Source: Azolla caroliniana (lineage: Eukaryota > Plantae > Polypodiophyta). Taken from it: DNA of 64,000 bases. The DNA is taken from positions 16,058,001 to 16,122,000 of the forward strand of contig JBHGNT010000004.1 in the NCBI GenBank assembly GCA_043228905.1, given 5' to 3'. The notes beneath the pieces were generated by a model, which did no database searches, was not told the origin of the DNA, and saw only the letters and a program-made list of their open reading frames with translations. Below, piece after piece: positions 36,231 to 48,367 of the stretch (its first letter is position 1; every line of letters starts with the position of its first letter). A program made the position numbers and the translations under genes.

Positions 36231-36310
36231 TCGTCGTCCTCTTCCTCCGTTCGAATGCGTATAGAGCATGTGGCCTTCCGGCTCATTGTGTCTTGTACAC
36301 ACGTGGTTTT

Positions 36311-36982
36311 TGACAAGAACTGCACGCTCCCTATGCGCAACGCTCGGCCACAACCGAGCTTAGAATCATACACAGAAAACGGGAAATGAAACACACGACT
36401 CAAAGGCGAAAAGAGCACACAGGATGTTTAACGTGGAAAACCCTCAGAGGGAAAAACCACGGGAGTCCACAGACTCCAAACTATCAGTATATAAGAATGT
36501 ACAATGGTGGAGCACCAACGCAACAACCTCGAGCTTTCTATCTTCACCACAGGCGACGGTTACAACAGAGGCAATGACCTCTTCCTCTCTCTCTCTCTCT
36601 GTACACAGTTACGTGCTCTGATCTTGCACCAACAAGAATGACAACCACAACTACAATAAGTTTGCCCTAAGTCATATTTATACAAATATGACTTTTCGGC
36701 TATTTACAAATATAGCCTCGATGGACTCTCAGAAACATATTTATGAATATGTCTCTTCATCCGGTGAGCACTTCTCACCGGGCCTGCATCATCCGGCACT
36801 TGCCGAGTACTTGCCATCCGGTTCTCACCGGGTCTTCTGTTTCTAGGTACTCCTCATCCGGTTCTCACCGGGTCTGCACCATCCGGCTCTCCGTAGCCGG
36901 GTACTCGTCATCCGGTTTCCCTTAGTTTGCTCATCAGCTTAGTTCTTCTCCCTTCCCATCCGGAGGGACCTGTCTCCCAGTA
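36311..36982 (-). repeat. G 3' LTR (672 bp)
   Basis: Direct repeat of 50418-51201, lacking two 54-bp units. Confidence 0.92.
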
Positions 36983-37009
36983 AACTCCCCCTTCACTCTG
37001 GCATGGGGT

Positions 37010-39479
37010 GTCTTACTAGTCCGATCTGCTTCCGGCATGCATCCAGCTTGTCGGGTATCAACACTTTGGTCAACATATCTAACCCGTTCTCAACCGTGTG
37101 GATCTTCGTCAGCGCGAACTCCTGGTCATCTACTCTTTCCCGGATCCAGTGATACCTTCGCTAGATATTCTTTGTCCGGGAATGGTAGGCTGCATTCCTT
37201 AGCAAGGTGGATGGCACTTTGACTGTCGCAATAGAGCCAGTATTCATCTTGCCGGATACCGAGCTCTCCGATGAAGTCCTTCATCCATAATATTTCCTTG
37301 CTGGCTTCCACAACCGCCATGTACTCCGCCTCTGTGGTTGACAACGCAACTGTCTTCTGTAGCCTCGATTGCCACGAAACAGCTCCCCTTGCATATGTCA
37401 TTACATACCCGGATGTAGACCGGCTGGTATCCACATCAGCCGACATGTCCGAATCGGTAAAACTGTCAAGTTGAGGTTTTTCGGAGTCGAATCGGAGACA
37501 CATGTTTGAGGTGCCTTTCAAGTATCGAAGTATCCATTTGACCGCATTCCAGTGCTCCTTGCCGGGATTTCTCATAAACCGGCTCACCACTCCGACTGCG
37601 TATCCTATATCCGGTCGGGTACAAACCATTGCGTGCATTAAGCTCCCGAAGGCAGAGGCATATGGAACCTTCATCATATCGGCCTTCTCTGCTTTCGTCT
37701 TCGGGCTTTGCTTACCGGATAACCTGCAGTTTGCCGGAAGTGTTGATCCGACCGGTTTTGCATCTGTCATGTTGAACTGATGAAGCACCTTTGTCACGTA
37801 CTTCTCCTGTGACAGCCACACTTGCTTCATTGACCGGTTCCGGATGATATGCATCCCCAGCATCTGTCTTGCCGGACCCAAGTCTTTCATTGAGAAGGTC
37901 TTGTTGAGAGCCTTCTTCAGCATCTGTATTTTGGCTTGGTCCCGTCCGATGATCAACATGTCGTCCACGTACAGAAGGAGTATCAGGAAGTTGCCTCCTT
38001 CGAACTTCTTCACAAACACGCAGTGATCGGCCTGCGTCTTGTGGTACCCTTGATCAGTCATGAAGGAGTCGAACTTCCGGTACCATTGTCGGGGGGCCTA
38101 CTTCAACCTGTAGAGGCTCTTCTTCAACCGGCAAACCAGGTGCTCCTTCCCTTTCTCCACGAATCCTTCCGGTTGCTACATGTAGATCTCCTCTTCGAGG
38201 TCGCCGTGAAGGAATGTCGTCTTCACGTCCAGCTGCTCTACCTCGAGGTCCATGCTTGCCGCTATACTCAGCACCGTCCGGATGGAGGTCATCTTTACTA
38301 CCGGGGCAAATATCTCGTCGAAGTCCACATCCTTCTTCTGCTGGAACCCCTTCACCACGATCCTGGCTTTGTATTTCGGGGGGTTGCCGACATCTCCCGG
38401 TTTCAACTTGTACACCCACTTGTTTCGAAGTGCCCGCTTTCCTTTCGGCAACTCTACCAATTCGTACGTATGGTTCTCATGCAGGGAATCCATCTCATCC
38501 TGCATGGCACTTAACCATTTGCGGCTGTGGGTGTCATCCTTCGCCTCTACGAAGCTTTCTAGCTCCCCCTCATCGGTTAGCAGCACATGCTTTGCATCCG
38601 GAAATCTCCAGGGGGCCCTTCTCTCTCTCAAAGGATATCTCCGTCTTCGGGCTTCGGTAACCAGCTCCTCCATTTGCTCTTCATCTGAATCCGATTCGGG
38701 GTCTTGGCCGGTTCCAGTTTCAGCTTCCTCTACTTCTTCTTCAGCCTATTCAGTATCCTCACCGTAACCGGCTGGTCCCTCGAGTGCTAACCGGTCCCTT
38801 GTCGGTTGGGTCTGCTCATTGTAGAATTGATCTTTACCAGTTGACTCGGAGTTCATTATCTTCTTCTCCCACTCCCAGTCGGCGAGCGTCTTGTCCTCCA
38901 TGAAGATAATATCTCGACTCTGGAATACCTTCTTGTCGACCAGGTCCCACACTCGGTAGCCGAACTTATCGTCGCCGTAACCGAGGAATATGCATGGCCG
39001 GGTCTTTGGATCTAACTTTCCTCTCCGGTCCTTACCTACATGCACGTACGCGAGACACCCGAACACCTTCAGATGCCGGTAGGATACTTTCTTACCGGTC
39101 CATACTGTGGCGTTTCTCCGTCCAAGGGTACTGAGGGTGCTCTGTTTATCACATATGTCGCCGTCGACAGTGCCTCAGCCCAAAACTTCTTGGGTAGTTT
39201 TGCATGCGCTAGCATACTCCGGACCCTCTCCATTATGGTCCCGTTCATCCTCTCGGCTAGCCCGTTTAGTTCTGGCGTCTTCGGCACGGTAAATTCGAGC
39301 CGGATTCCCTTCGAGCGATAGTACTCCTCGAATTGCCCCTGGTATTCACCTCCATTATCTGCTCGAACCGCCTTCAGCTTCCGGCCGGTTTCTCTTTCCA
39401 CTCTCGCGTGGAGCTCTTTGAAGACGGATAGCACCTGATCCTTTGTCTTCAACGGTGTGGCCCATAGTTTCCGGCTGTG
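37010..39479 (-). pseudogene. pol: G pol: integrase core, RT, RNase H (with stops)
   Basis: VRADNGGEY...LNGLAER, QLDVKTTFLHG, LLYVDDML, FTDSD...SRSTSGY...ALSTTEAEY. Confidence 0.93.
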
Positions 39480-39935
39480 TGTTACCCGGACCCGGACAGT
39501 CAGTTTTACCGAACAGGTGGGAAAGCGTCGAAAAACAGAGTCGGTTCGGATCGACTGTTCGGATCAATGACTCAGCAGTAAAACGAAGAGAACTAAGTTA
39601 GTTAGATAATTTTGTAAATCTTGTTAGAGAGTAGGAATAGTTCTTGATGAGAAAAGACCTTCGGTATACCTATAAAAGGGAACCAAAGGCATTGTAAGAG
39701 AGGTCGTTTTATTTAGTAATATAAGTTTAAGTTAGGAATATCTGGTACGAATTCTGTGTGTCTCTGTTGTCTATGATCTTAAGTGCAAGCTTCCTAATTT
39801 ATAGCTAAATAACGATCACGATAATTACCGATTAATATAGCAATTCCGTTCGTAAAACACAATTCCTTGTTAGAACGTTGAGTAGCGACGTTCACTCTTC
39901 TGTATCGGTAGTAGTTAGTAATTAGCCGATTAACA
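39480..39935 (+). repeat. C 5' LTR (456 bp)
   Basis: TGTTA...TAACA; CTATAAAAGG near 39670. Confidence 0.97.
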
Positions 39936-39946
39936 CAGAAGAATTT

Positions 39947-39959
39947 TGGCACGCCCGGT
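39947..39959 (+). other. C primer-binding site, tRNA-Arg(UCU)-like, 11 nt from LTR
   Basis: TGGCACGCCCGGT versus recalled Tat-type PBS TGGCACGCCCAGT. Confidence 0.75.
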
Positions 39960-39994
39960 TACATCTGCAATTAAGCAGAGAACAATTCGAATGG

Positions 39995-42900
39995 ATGTCG
40001 TATGAAGAGGAGGCACCGGTCAGTTGTAAGCGCCCTCGTACAAGGTCAGTTACGAAGGTAGTGCAGCAAGCGTTCATTACGCAAGAACAGCCGGAATCAA
40101 GCACAAAGTGGTCGAAACTCCCTGACTTATCCGATCAATTACCTTCAGACGAAAAACAGACGGAAGAGGTATCGTTTTACGACATTTGGGACGATATGCC
40201 TTATACTTATTCTAAGTTCCGGGAAGGAACAGATGCAGAAGCACATGTTAGGGATTTCTTAACGACATGGGAGATTAACCATGGAGCTCAGCGATTGTCG
40301 GCAGATGCCGAAGATAAGTCAAAAATCGCTGAGTTTGTCTTATCATTAGACGGATATTCCGCTAATTGGTTTGCGCAGAACGGTCTTCAAGGATTTCCAT
40401 CCTTCGAAGTATTAACTAGTAAATTTTTACAATTATTTCATCAACAAATTCCGCAGAAGGATTTGATTGCGCAATTTTATGCGTTATATCAAGAAAAAAA
40501 TGAAACAGTATCTCAGTTTGTGATACGATTTCAGAACTTACAGCTTCAGATTTCAAGACCGATTCCGGATAAAGAATTAAAAGAAGTCTTTCTAGAAGCT
40601 GTAAAAGAACCATTAAGGACGACATTGAAAGTGTTCGATTTTCGAAATCAGACTATCGAACAAGTCATTGATAAAGCAATAGAAATGGGTCGACCACCGG
40701 TCAATGTTCAGAGTATGGACATGTCGGCATTACACCGAACATTACCAACAATGGAGGAGTTACAATTTCGACAAGCAGTGCAATGCACCACTTGTTTAAA
40801 TACGGGGCATTCGGCAATTGACTGTACGTTAAGAACACATTGTACGATATGTCATTCAAAATTACATTCCGTAGAACAATGTGAATATAATCTGCTTAAT
40901 AAGACTACGGCGTCAGTACGACAAATTTTTGCTGACAATGGTTACCAAAATAACACTAATCTGTTCAATGGTTATCAAAATAATAATTTTTCACAAAATC
41001 AGCAAAATGTACAACAGAACCCGGTTCTACAGCCAAATCAGATCTTTTCACAACAAAATTTGCAACCCACTCAAGTGACTCAAGCATTTCAACCAGGTTT
41101 TGCTCAATCCAACCCACCATTCGTACAGAATCCGAATCAATATTTTCAACAAAATAATCAAAGTTTCCAACAAGGTAATCCACCATTTCAAGGGTTTCAA
41201 CAGAACTGTCCGAATGTGCAACCGAATTCTACATTTCAACCAAATCCGGCATTTCAACCGGGTAATATGACTTTTCAACATAATACTCAAACTGTTCCAC
41301 AAAATAATCAAATGTTTCAACAGAGTAATTTTTCGCCAAATCAGGAGTTCGGGATACCACATAATATAGCACAACCAAATGATAATACTGAACAATTTAG
41401 GCCGAATAGGTATAAAAACAAGAGATTTTACAAACCAAAAGCTACACGTCAATACCAACAAAACTCGAATGGTAATGAAGAGCAGCAATTTAATAACGGG
41501 CAATTTGCACATGGGGAGACCAGTGCAACATTTGTGCCCACTTGTTACATTTGTCGACAACTAGGCCATTATGCTAATCAATGTCCGGTTAAAGGAAAGG
41601 GTCCAGCAGTTAATATGGTAATACCGGAAGTTCAGCAAGTAACGACACGCAGCAAAAGCAAACAATCAGAGTGGGAAATTCAGGAAGAAGTTCGGAAGGC
41701 CGCAAAGGAATGGGTGGATGAAGCAAATCAAAGTAATGTGAATCGAATGTTACAAGATAATAACATCGACCAGGACATCGCTGTACAACAGTCATTGGAG
41801 AATAAGGAACAGGAAGAAACTTGGAAACTGTTGGCTGATTGTCAAGTGTCATTACCACTTAAGGGCTTACTTAAGTTAGTACCAAGGTTTACAGAAAAAG
41901 TGGCAGCATTAATTACATATAAAGGTTCCGAACAAATAGCAGTACACTACAATCAGCCAAGTAATAACCCTTCGATCATGGATGAACAGAATCCGTCTAT
42001 TAAGGTAATACTTTACGGGCAAGAAATCGGAAATGTGATTATAGATGGAGGCTCGGGTTTTAATGTGATTAACAAAACTACATGTGAAAAACTGGGAATC
42101 ACGGAATGGGAAGCATGTCCGTTTTGGTTACGAATGGCAGATACAAGTACGGTACGACCGATTGGTTTGCTTCGACAACTGGATGTAATAATCGGGGGAC
42201 ACAGTTTTCAGATTTCGGCAGTGATTTTGCAGTTAGAAACACAGGGAGCATACCCCTTGTTATTGGGGAGACCATGGTTAAAGACAGCTAATATTAAACA
42301 AAATTGGAAACAAAATGTGCTAACATTTAGAAAAGGAAAAAACAAGGTCAGGATTCCGACGCACAACAAAGTGACAACAAGCAAACAGAGTTTACCTGTA
42401 TATGCAGAAGCAGTTAATATGATGGAAGGATTGGACGAGGAAGAAGAAAGTCAGTATTTTGATGATAATCAAAAAATTATCCCTCTATTTGAGGTAGATA
42501 TTTTGCAAGCATTAACACCATATGTAGACTCACACGAAGAAGTGCCAATCGATGAGCAAACAATAAAAGAAATACGGATGCAACAAGAAGCTACAGATAA
42601 GGAATTGCAGGTATCTCAGAGAGTGCAAGCCTCAGCATTGGAGGAAATTAATTTGGCAGGAGTAGAGGATGCTGAAAGAAAAACAATCTTGATTGCTAGA
42701 GATTTGATGGAAAATGACAAACGGACATTAACAACATTACTATTACAATATAAAGATGTTTTTGCATGGTCCTTTGACGATATGAAAGGTCTGGATCCCG
42801 CTTTTTGTCAACATCAAATCAATTTGCATAAAGATGCAAAGCCAGTACAACAACGCAGGTACAGGTTGAATCCGAATTATGCTATCAAAGTAAAAGAAGA

Positions 42901-45482
42901 AATCGATAAACTCTTAAAAGTAGGATTTATTCGACCCGTCAAAAAATCAACATGGCTGAGTCCGATAGTAGTCGTTCCGAAAAAGAATGGGAAAATTCGT
43001 GTATGTGTGGATTATAGAAAATTGAATGCAGCGACAATTACGGATGCGTTTCCATTGCCATTCACAGATGGGATATTAGATGCAGTAGCGGGACATGAAA
43101 TTTATAGTTTCTTGGATGGGTTCAGTGGGTACAACCAGGTACGGATGAATCCGGAAGATCAGGAAAAGACAGCTTTCGTCACAGAATGGGGTGTCTTTGT
43201 GGCAGTAGTCATGATGTTCGGTTTAAAAACAGCTCCAGCTACATTTCAGCGGGTAATACAGGAAATATTCGGGGAATATATTCCAGCTTTCATGCAGGTG
43301 TTTTTAGATGATTTTGCAGTATATAGTCGGAAAGCGGATCATTTTGAGCATTTACGGCTATGTTTAGAAAAATGTCGAAAAGGACGTCTTAGTTTAAATC
43401 CAGCCAAATGCGCATTCGGGGTAATGAGTGGTACATTACTTGGGCATATTGTCAGTCAAGAAGGGATTGCAGTGGACCCAGATAAAGTTAAAGCAATTAT
43501 TGAGGCAACACCACCAACAAATGCTAAAGCTCTAAGTAGATTTTTGGGTCAAATTCGGTGGCACAGTAGAATGATGAGATATCTAGCAGACATTGCTATT
43601 CCGTTACACACGCCAGTACACAAAGTTCCTTTTATATGGACAAGTATAGAACAAGATGCGTACTAATGTCTCAAGAAGATGCTGACGAACGTACCGGTAG
43701 TTCAACCACCGGACTGGAACAAACCATTTCATGTTTTCGTCGATGCGTCGGACATTGCCATAGGCAGTGCTTTAATGCAATTATCCAAACCAAACTAGTA
43801 TAGGCCGGTATACTATGCCAGTAGGAAACTTTCGTCGGCCGAAAGAAACTATTCAACAACCGAAAGAGAAGCTTTGGGAATGATATATAGTGTGAACAAA
43901 TTTCGACATTACCTTTTGGGTAAGAAATTTACATTTCATGTGGATCATTCGGCTTTACTGTATCTAGTTTCCAAACAAGAATTGACAGGCAAGTTGGCCC
44001 GATGGACATTATTGCTTCAAGAGTTTGAGTTTGACATTATACATCGACCAGGAGCACAACACGCGATTGCTGACTATCTCAGTCGGCTTGAGTCTGGAGA
44101 AGAAGCGGTTGGGGTTAAAGATGATTTTCCAGATACTCAATTATTTCGGGTGGAGGCCGTAAAAGCACATGAAGTGAATGAGGAAAAAGAGGATGAATGG
44201 ATTTCCGAAATGACGATATTTCTATCAACAGGAATTCCGGCCGAACACATGACGACAGATGAAAGAAAAAGAATTGCAGTACGAAGTCGGAATTTTTGTT
44301 TATTTAATGACATGTTGTATCATAAAGGAGCGGATGGAATATGGCGAAGGGCAGTACGAAAATTTGAAAAATCAGCCATATTAACAGAGTCACATTGTGG
44401 AATTGCTGGCGGTCATTACGCAGGAGAAGCAACAGCCAGAAAAATATGGAATAGCGGGTTATGGTGGCCAACGGTGATGAAAGATGCTAACGAATACTGT
44501 AAGAAATGCGATTTGTGTCAAAGAATGGGGCAACCAACCGAAAAGGATCGAATGCCTTTTCAACCGGTTTTACCTCTTGAGCCATTTCAGAAATGGGGCT
44601 TAGATTTTGTTGGCCCATTCAAACCAGCAGCTGCAAGAACCGGTAATCGATATATCATAATTGCGACTGACTATTGCACAAAATGGGTTGAAGCAAAAGC
44701 TCTCAGGGACAATACGGCAGCATCCACAGCAAAATTCCTGTATGAGTATATATGGTGTCGATTCGGTTGCCCAATAGAATTGGTAAGCGATCAAGGCACT
44801 CATTTTATTAACAAGTTAATTAACGAATTAACCAATTACTATGCCGTAGTTCATAAGAAAAGTACGCCGTACTATCCCCAAGCTAACGGATTGGCAGAAT
44901 CGACAAATAAAACAATTCAAACAATTTTAAAGAAGATAGTAAATGAAAATCGTACTGATTGGGATCAAAAGTTAAATAGTGCATTATGGGCATATCGTAC
45001 TTCGTACAAAACATCCATTAAATCAACACCTTTCCGAATGGCATTCGGACTCGAAGCCGTTATGCCAATCGAATTTCAAATTCCGACACTTCGTATCCAA
45101 GCAACGAATAAGTTAAATGAAATAGAATCGGAGCAGATACGCAAAGAGGCTTTATTAGTATTAGAAGAAGAAAGGATTCAATCAATGTCAGCACTAGAAC
45201 ACAAGCAGAGACAAATCAAGGCATTCGTAAACCGACATCGAAGGAAATCGGAAGTGCAATTCGAAATTGGGAAACCGGTATTGGTATTCCAGACGAGAAT
45301 GGGACTTATGCCTGGGAAACTCCGGTATAGATGGACAGGTCCAGTATGGATAATTAATAGTAAAAATGGCACGTACCAACTGGGATCATTAACCGGAGAG
45401 GTTTTACCGAAATGGGTAAATGGATTTCGGCTTAAACCGTATTTGGGAGATATGCCGGTAAATCCGTTTATTCAAACGGAAG

Positions 45483-45487
<5 letters not shown>
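39995..45487 (+). pseudogene. pol: C single-frame gag-pol (gag, 3 CCHC knuckles, PR, RT, RNase H, INT) with two in-frame stops at 43664 and 43796
   Basis: ORFs 39995-43666 (1223 aa) and 43874-45487 (537 aa) are in the same frame; the intervening sequence encodes the RNase H start FHVFVDASD. Confidence 0.95.

Positions 45488-45522
<35 letters not shown>
45486..45522 (+). repeat. A37 tract starting in the pol stop codon of C
   Basis: Direct reading. Confidence 0.95.
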
Positions 45523-45524
<2 letters not shown>

Positions 45525-45584
45525 AACTAACTCACTCAATAGTTCTTGTCAAAATACAATCTTGCCATAAACAGTATGAATCGA

Positions 45585-45594
45585 CTATAAATAG
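45585..45594 (+). promoter_or_regulatory. Candidate internal TATA box for the extra ORF
   Basis: CTATAAATAG; CTATTAATAG at equivalent positions in B1 (9225-9234) and B2 (17665-17674). Confidence 0.5.
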
Positions 45595-45697
45595 AAAGAG
45601 GAATTGCATGATTATTAGTAACAAGTACAACCACTACACGAAGAGTGAATACTAATTAATTTCTACATTAATAGTAATTACTATTCTTTAAGTCATC

Positions 45698-48325
45698 ATG
45701 CATAAATTAATATCTTTAAAACATATTTCTGTATCGTCTGTATCGCCAAAACAACGGAAACGAGTACAGATATCGAAACAGTCTGAGCCTCCTTCGTGCC
45801 CTGGATCGCCCAAACTCTGTTTTTCTGATTTTCATCGCTACAGAAACTGTGCAGATCTGCAACTGTCATCGACAAGTGATTCAGAACAAGGAAACACAGA
45901 AGTCATGCCGATTCCTGTATCTGAAGAACTGCGATTGTGGCTTCATGAGAGAAACTTACAAGGTTTCATCAAAATAGCAGAAGCGGAACCTCATCCGCAG
46001 GCGGAAGAATTGGTACAACAAATAGACATCACCAAAATCACAACAAAGAAAATACGAAATGCATTACAGATGCCAAGAGGAGGTTTTGAGGCAGTTAAAA
46101 AACCTTCATCAGAAGCACTCCAATCGTATTTCGGGGAATACTCACCCTCGGCAAAAGCATATCAGACTTATGGAGGTCGGGATGAGTTTTTTCATGAAGT
46201 GGCGAGGTTTTTACTAGAGGTGGGATTTGTCAGTCCTCGTTTTTATTGTATGCCGAAAAAAAGGGTTGGGTTTATTATAGCCGCATATGAAAAAGAGGAT
46301 TTCAACTGGCCACTATTGTCGGGGGAAGCTCTGAGAGAGCAGCTACAAGGGGTAAAAACAGGAAAACCGATGAAGCAAATTTTTGGCCGTTGGTTATCAG
46401 TATTGTTTCCGATTCAAGAATCGGAAACTCCTGTTCAGTTAAGAAGACCACCGATAATACAAGCACCACGAAGACACCGACAGCTAGTACATGAAGAATG
46501 GATAGAAGAAGAATCGGCACATGCCGATAATATACAAACAAATATGTCTCAGTCGGAACCACCTAGACCAGAGTATTCCGAAAACAGACAACCAGAAACA
46601 GTTGACAATTTGAGAAACAAGCAACAGCCAACAGAAAATCGACAAAGAACAAGGATTAAACAAAAGGCTAATCGGCAATTCCAACCAGAAAACAGCGAGG
46701 GATCAGCACCAAAAAGGCAACGCACAAATGAAAACTCGAATACGCCTGTGGTAACAGAAGTACTAAAACCAGGAGATGAGAGCATTTCGACACAACCTCA
46801 CCAAGGACAATCTTCAAAAGTAGCCATTCGGGAAGCACATGGATACTTGGATATCCCACCAGCAGCACATGAATTAGCGGCCATTTTGCAGTTCGGAACT
46901 TCATACGAACTGGTTGAATGGTTGGCTAAAAGACTGACAGAAGTATCAGAACGGCTGGCTCAAGAACATAATGACCGAATAATGATACAGAAAGCTTTAC
47001 GAGGAGTGTTGGAACCTCAAGAAAAAGCAGAGATAGAGAAAATAGGCCGGAAAAGAAGTGCACAGCATAGAGGGGAGGCTATTGAAATGCCACCATTACA
47101 TGAAGCACTGGTCGAAATTCATAAAGAATATGAAACGGCACGCAAAGCAGCCAGTGATATGGCTGAAAGATACAAAAGTGTATCAGCATCGGCGGAGGTG
47201 CTGAAACATCAGTTTTGTAACATACAAGCAGAAAATAAAGAACTAAAGGAAAGTCTAAACAAATGGGAAACACAGGCACGGCTTATGGTGTCGGAATCAG
47301 AATGGCAACAGAAATTAGAGGATACTGAGAAAGCACGACAAGCAGAAACAACAAGGGCTAACAATGCAGTATTTCGAACTATAGAATTAGAAAAACAAAT
47401 AGAAACCATTCAGAATGGTCAATACAAAGCTCTCGAAGAAAAAAATCAAGTAATAAACGAATTACAGAAAAATCTAGAAGAAGCTAAGACGGCCAATCAT
47501 ACATATACCGAACAAATTGAAGAATTCGAAAGGTATATAGTGTCACAGGAAAGTCAATTGACAGAAAAACAACAGAGTCTTGAAGAAGTCAACAGAAGAA
47601 TGACGGAACAACAGGAGGAATGGAGTAGAGAGAAATCGGCATTCGAACAACAACTGGACGAAATTCGGAAGATAGCGGAACAAAGACGGCTGGATATATA
47701 TGTAGTCGAATCCAAATTAATGAGAGCTGAAAGTGAGAACCGAACCACTATTACGGATTTACAGAAAGAGTTGCAAACCGCCCAGTACGTCGCAAGCATC
47801 ACTAGGGACAAAGTGCAGCACATCATAGGTAAACATCGAAACCTAGCAAAGAAACTGATCGATGAATCCCTTGCGCAAGGATGGAAGTTATGGACAGCAC
47901 AAGCGGCGGAATTACAGATATTGCGTGCCGACAAAACTAACCGTCAGGTACAAGGTGCAGGTTTTTTTAAAATGGCACAAAAGGATATTGACAATATCCA
48001 AGAGGATATCATGAAAGATATGGATGAAATTGCGGCATTTTACAGAGAAGAAATTCAACGTATTATGCAAGAATTCGACAAAAATGATATAGGCACTTCC
48101 GTCCAGTTGGATAAAATCGAAGCCGAAAGAACCAGCAAGACTCCTGGTATTCAAGCTGCCGGAAGAAGTGAACCAGAGCAGCCAACCGAATCACAACCTG
48201 CTCCGAAGGAGGACTGTGACACAGACGAAGATGAAGAAGAAGATATAGGTGGAATACATCCAAGGCCAGATGAACCTTCGATTTTTGATATTCTGAACGA
48301 TTCGGATGAAGAGCTACAGGAATAG
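45698..48325 (+). CDS. C extra ORF (up to 875 aa; likely start 45905): conserved globular N-domain, disordered linker, long coiled coil, acidic tail; function unknown
   Basis: Intact sense-strand ORF between pol and the 3' LTR; protein-level homology with the B1 and B2 remnants. Confidence 0.9.
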   Translation: MHKLISLKHISVSSVSPKQRKRVQISKQSEPPSCPGSPKLCFSDFHRYRNCADLQLSSTSDSEQGNTEVMPIPVSEELRLWLHERNLQGFIKIAEAEPHPQAEELVQQIDITKITTKKIRNALQMPRGGFEAVKKPSSEALQSYFGEYSPSAKAYQTYGGRDEFFHEVARFLLEVGFVSPRFYCMPKKRVGFIIAAYEKEDFNWPLLSGEALREQLQGVKTGKPMKQIFGRWLSVLFPIQESETPVQLRRPPIIQAPRRHRQLVHEEWIEEESAHADNIQTNMSQSEPPRPEYSENRQPETVDNLRNKQQPTENRQRTRIKQKANRQFQPENSEGSAPKRQRTNENSNTPVVTEVLKPGDESISTQPHQGQSSKVAIREAHGYLDIPPAAHELAAILQFGTSYELVEWLAKRLTEVSERLAQEHNDRIMIQKALRGVLEPQEKAEIEKIGRKRSAQHRGEAIEMPPLHEALVEIHKEYETARKAASDMAERYKSVSASAEVLKHQFCNIQAENKELKESLNKWETQARLMVSESEWQQKLEDTEKARQAETTRANNAVFRTIELEKQIETIQNGQYKALEEKNQVINELQKNLEEAKTANHTYTEQIEEFERYIVSQESQLTEKQQSLEEVNRRMTEQQEEWSREKSAFEQQLDEIRKIAEQRRLDIYVVESKLMRAESENRTTITDLQKELQTAQYVASITRDKVQHIIGKHRNLAKKLIDESLAQGWKLWTAQAAELQILRADKTNRQVQGAGFFKMAQKDIDNIQEDIMKDMDEIAAFYREEIQRIMQEFDKNDIGTSVQLDKIEAERTSKTPGIQAAGRSEPEQPTESQPAPKEDCDTDEDEEEDIGGIHPRPDEPSIFDILNDSDEELQE

Positions 48326-48367
48326 GCGTGGGTTCGCCGGACAAGGTCCTGGCCCACGTGCGTGCCA
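48326..48367 (+). other. tRNA-3'-half-like stem-loop ending in CCA at the PPT position of C
   Basis: GCGTGGG-TTCG-CCGGAC-AAG-GTCCTGG-CCCACGT-GCGTGCCA-AG|LTR. Confidence 0.75.

Noticed and set aside
43664-43798. Programmed stop-codon readthrough in C pol
   Set aside because: Two stops fall at and within RNase H, where B1, B2 and B3 have sense codons; both are simple transitions.
45486-45522. Poly(A) tail of a LINE/SINE or retrocopy insertion
   Set aside because: No TSD or element body; it begins in the pol stop codon, and related A/purine tracts occupy the same place in B1 and B2.
45698-48325. Extra ORF as an env gene or a captured host myosin/SMC gene
   Set aside because: No visible signal peptide, transmembrane segment, Walker motif or motor domain. 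Coiled-coil similarity alone is non-specific.
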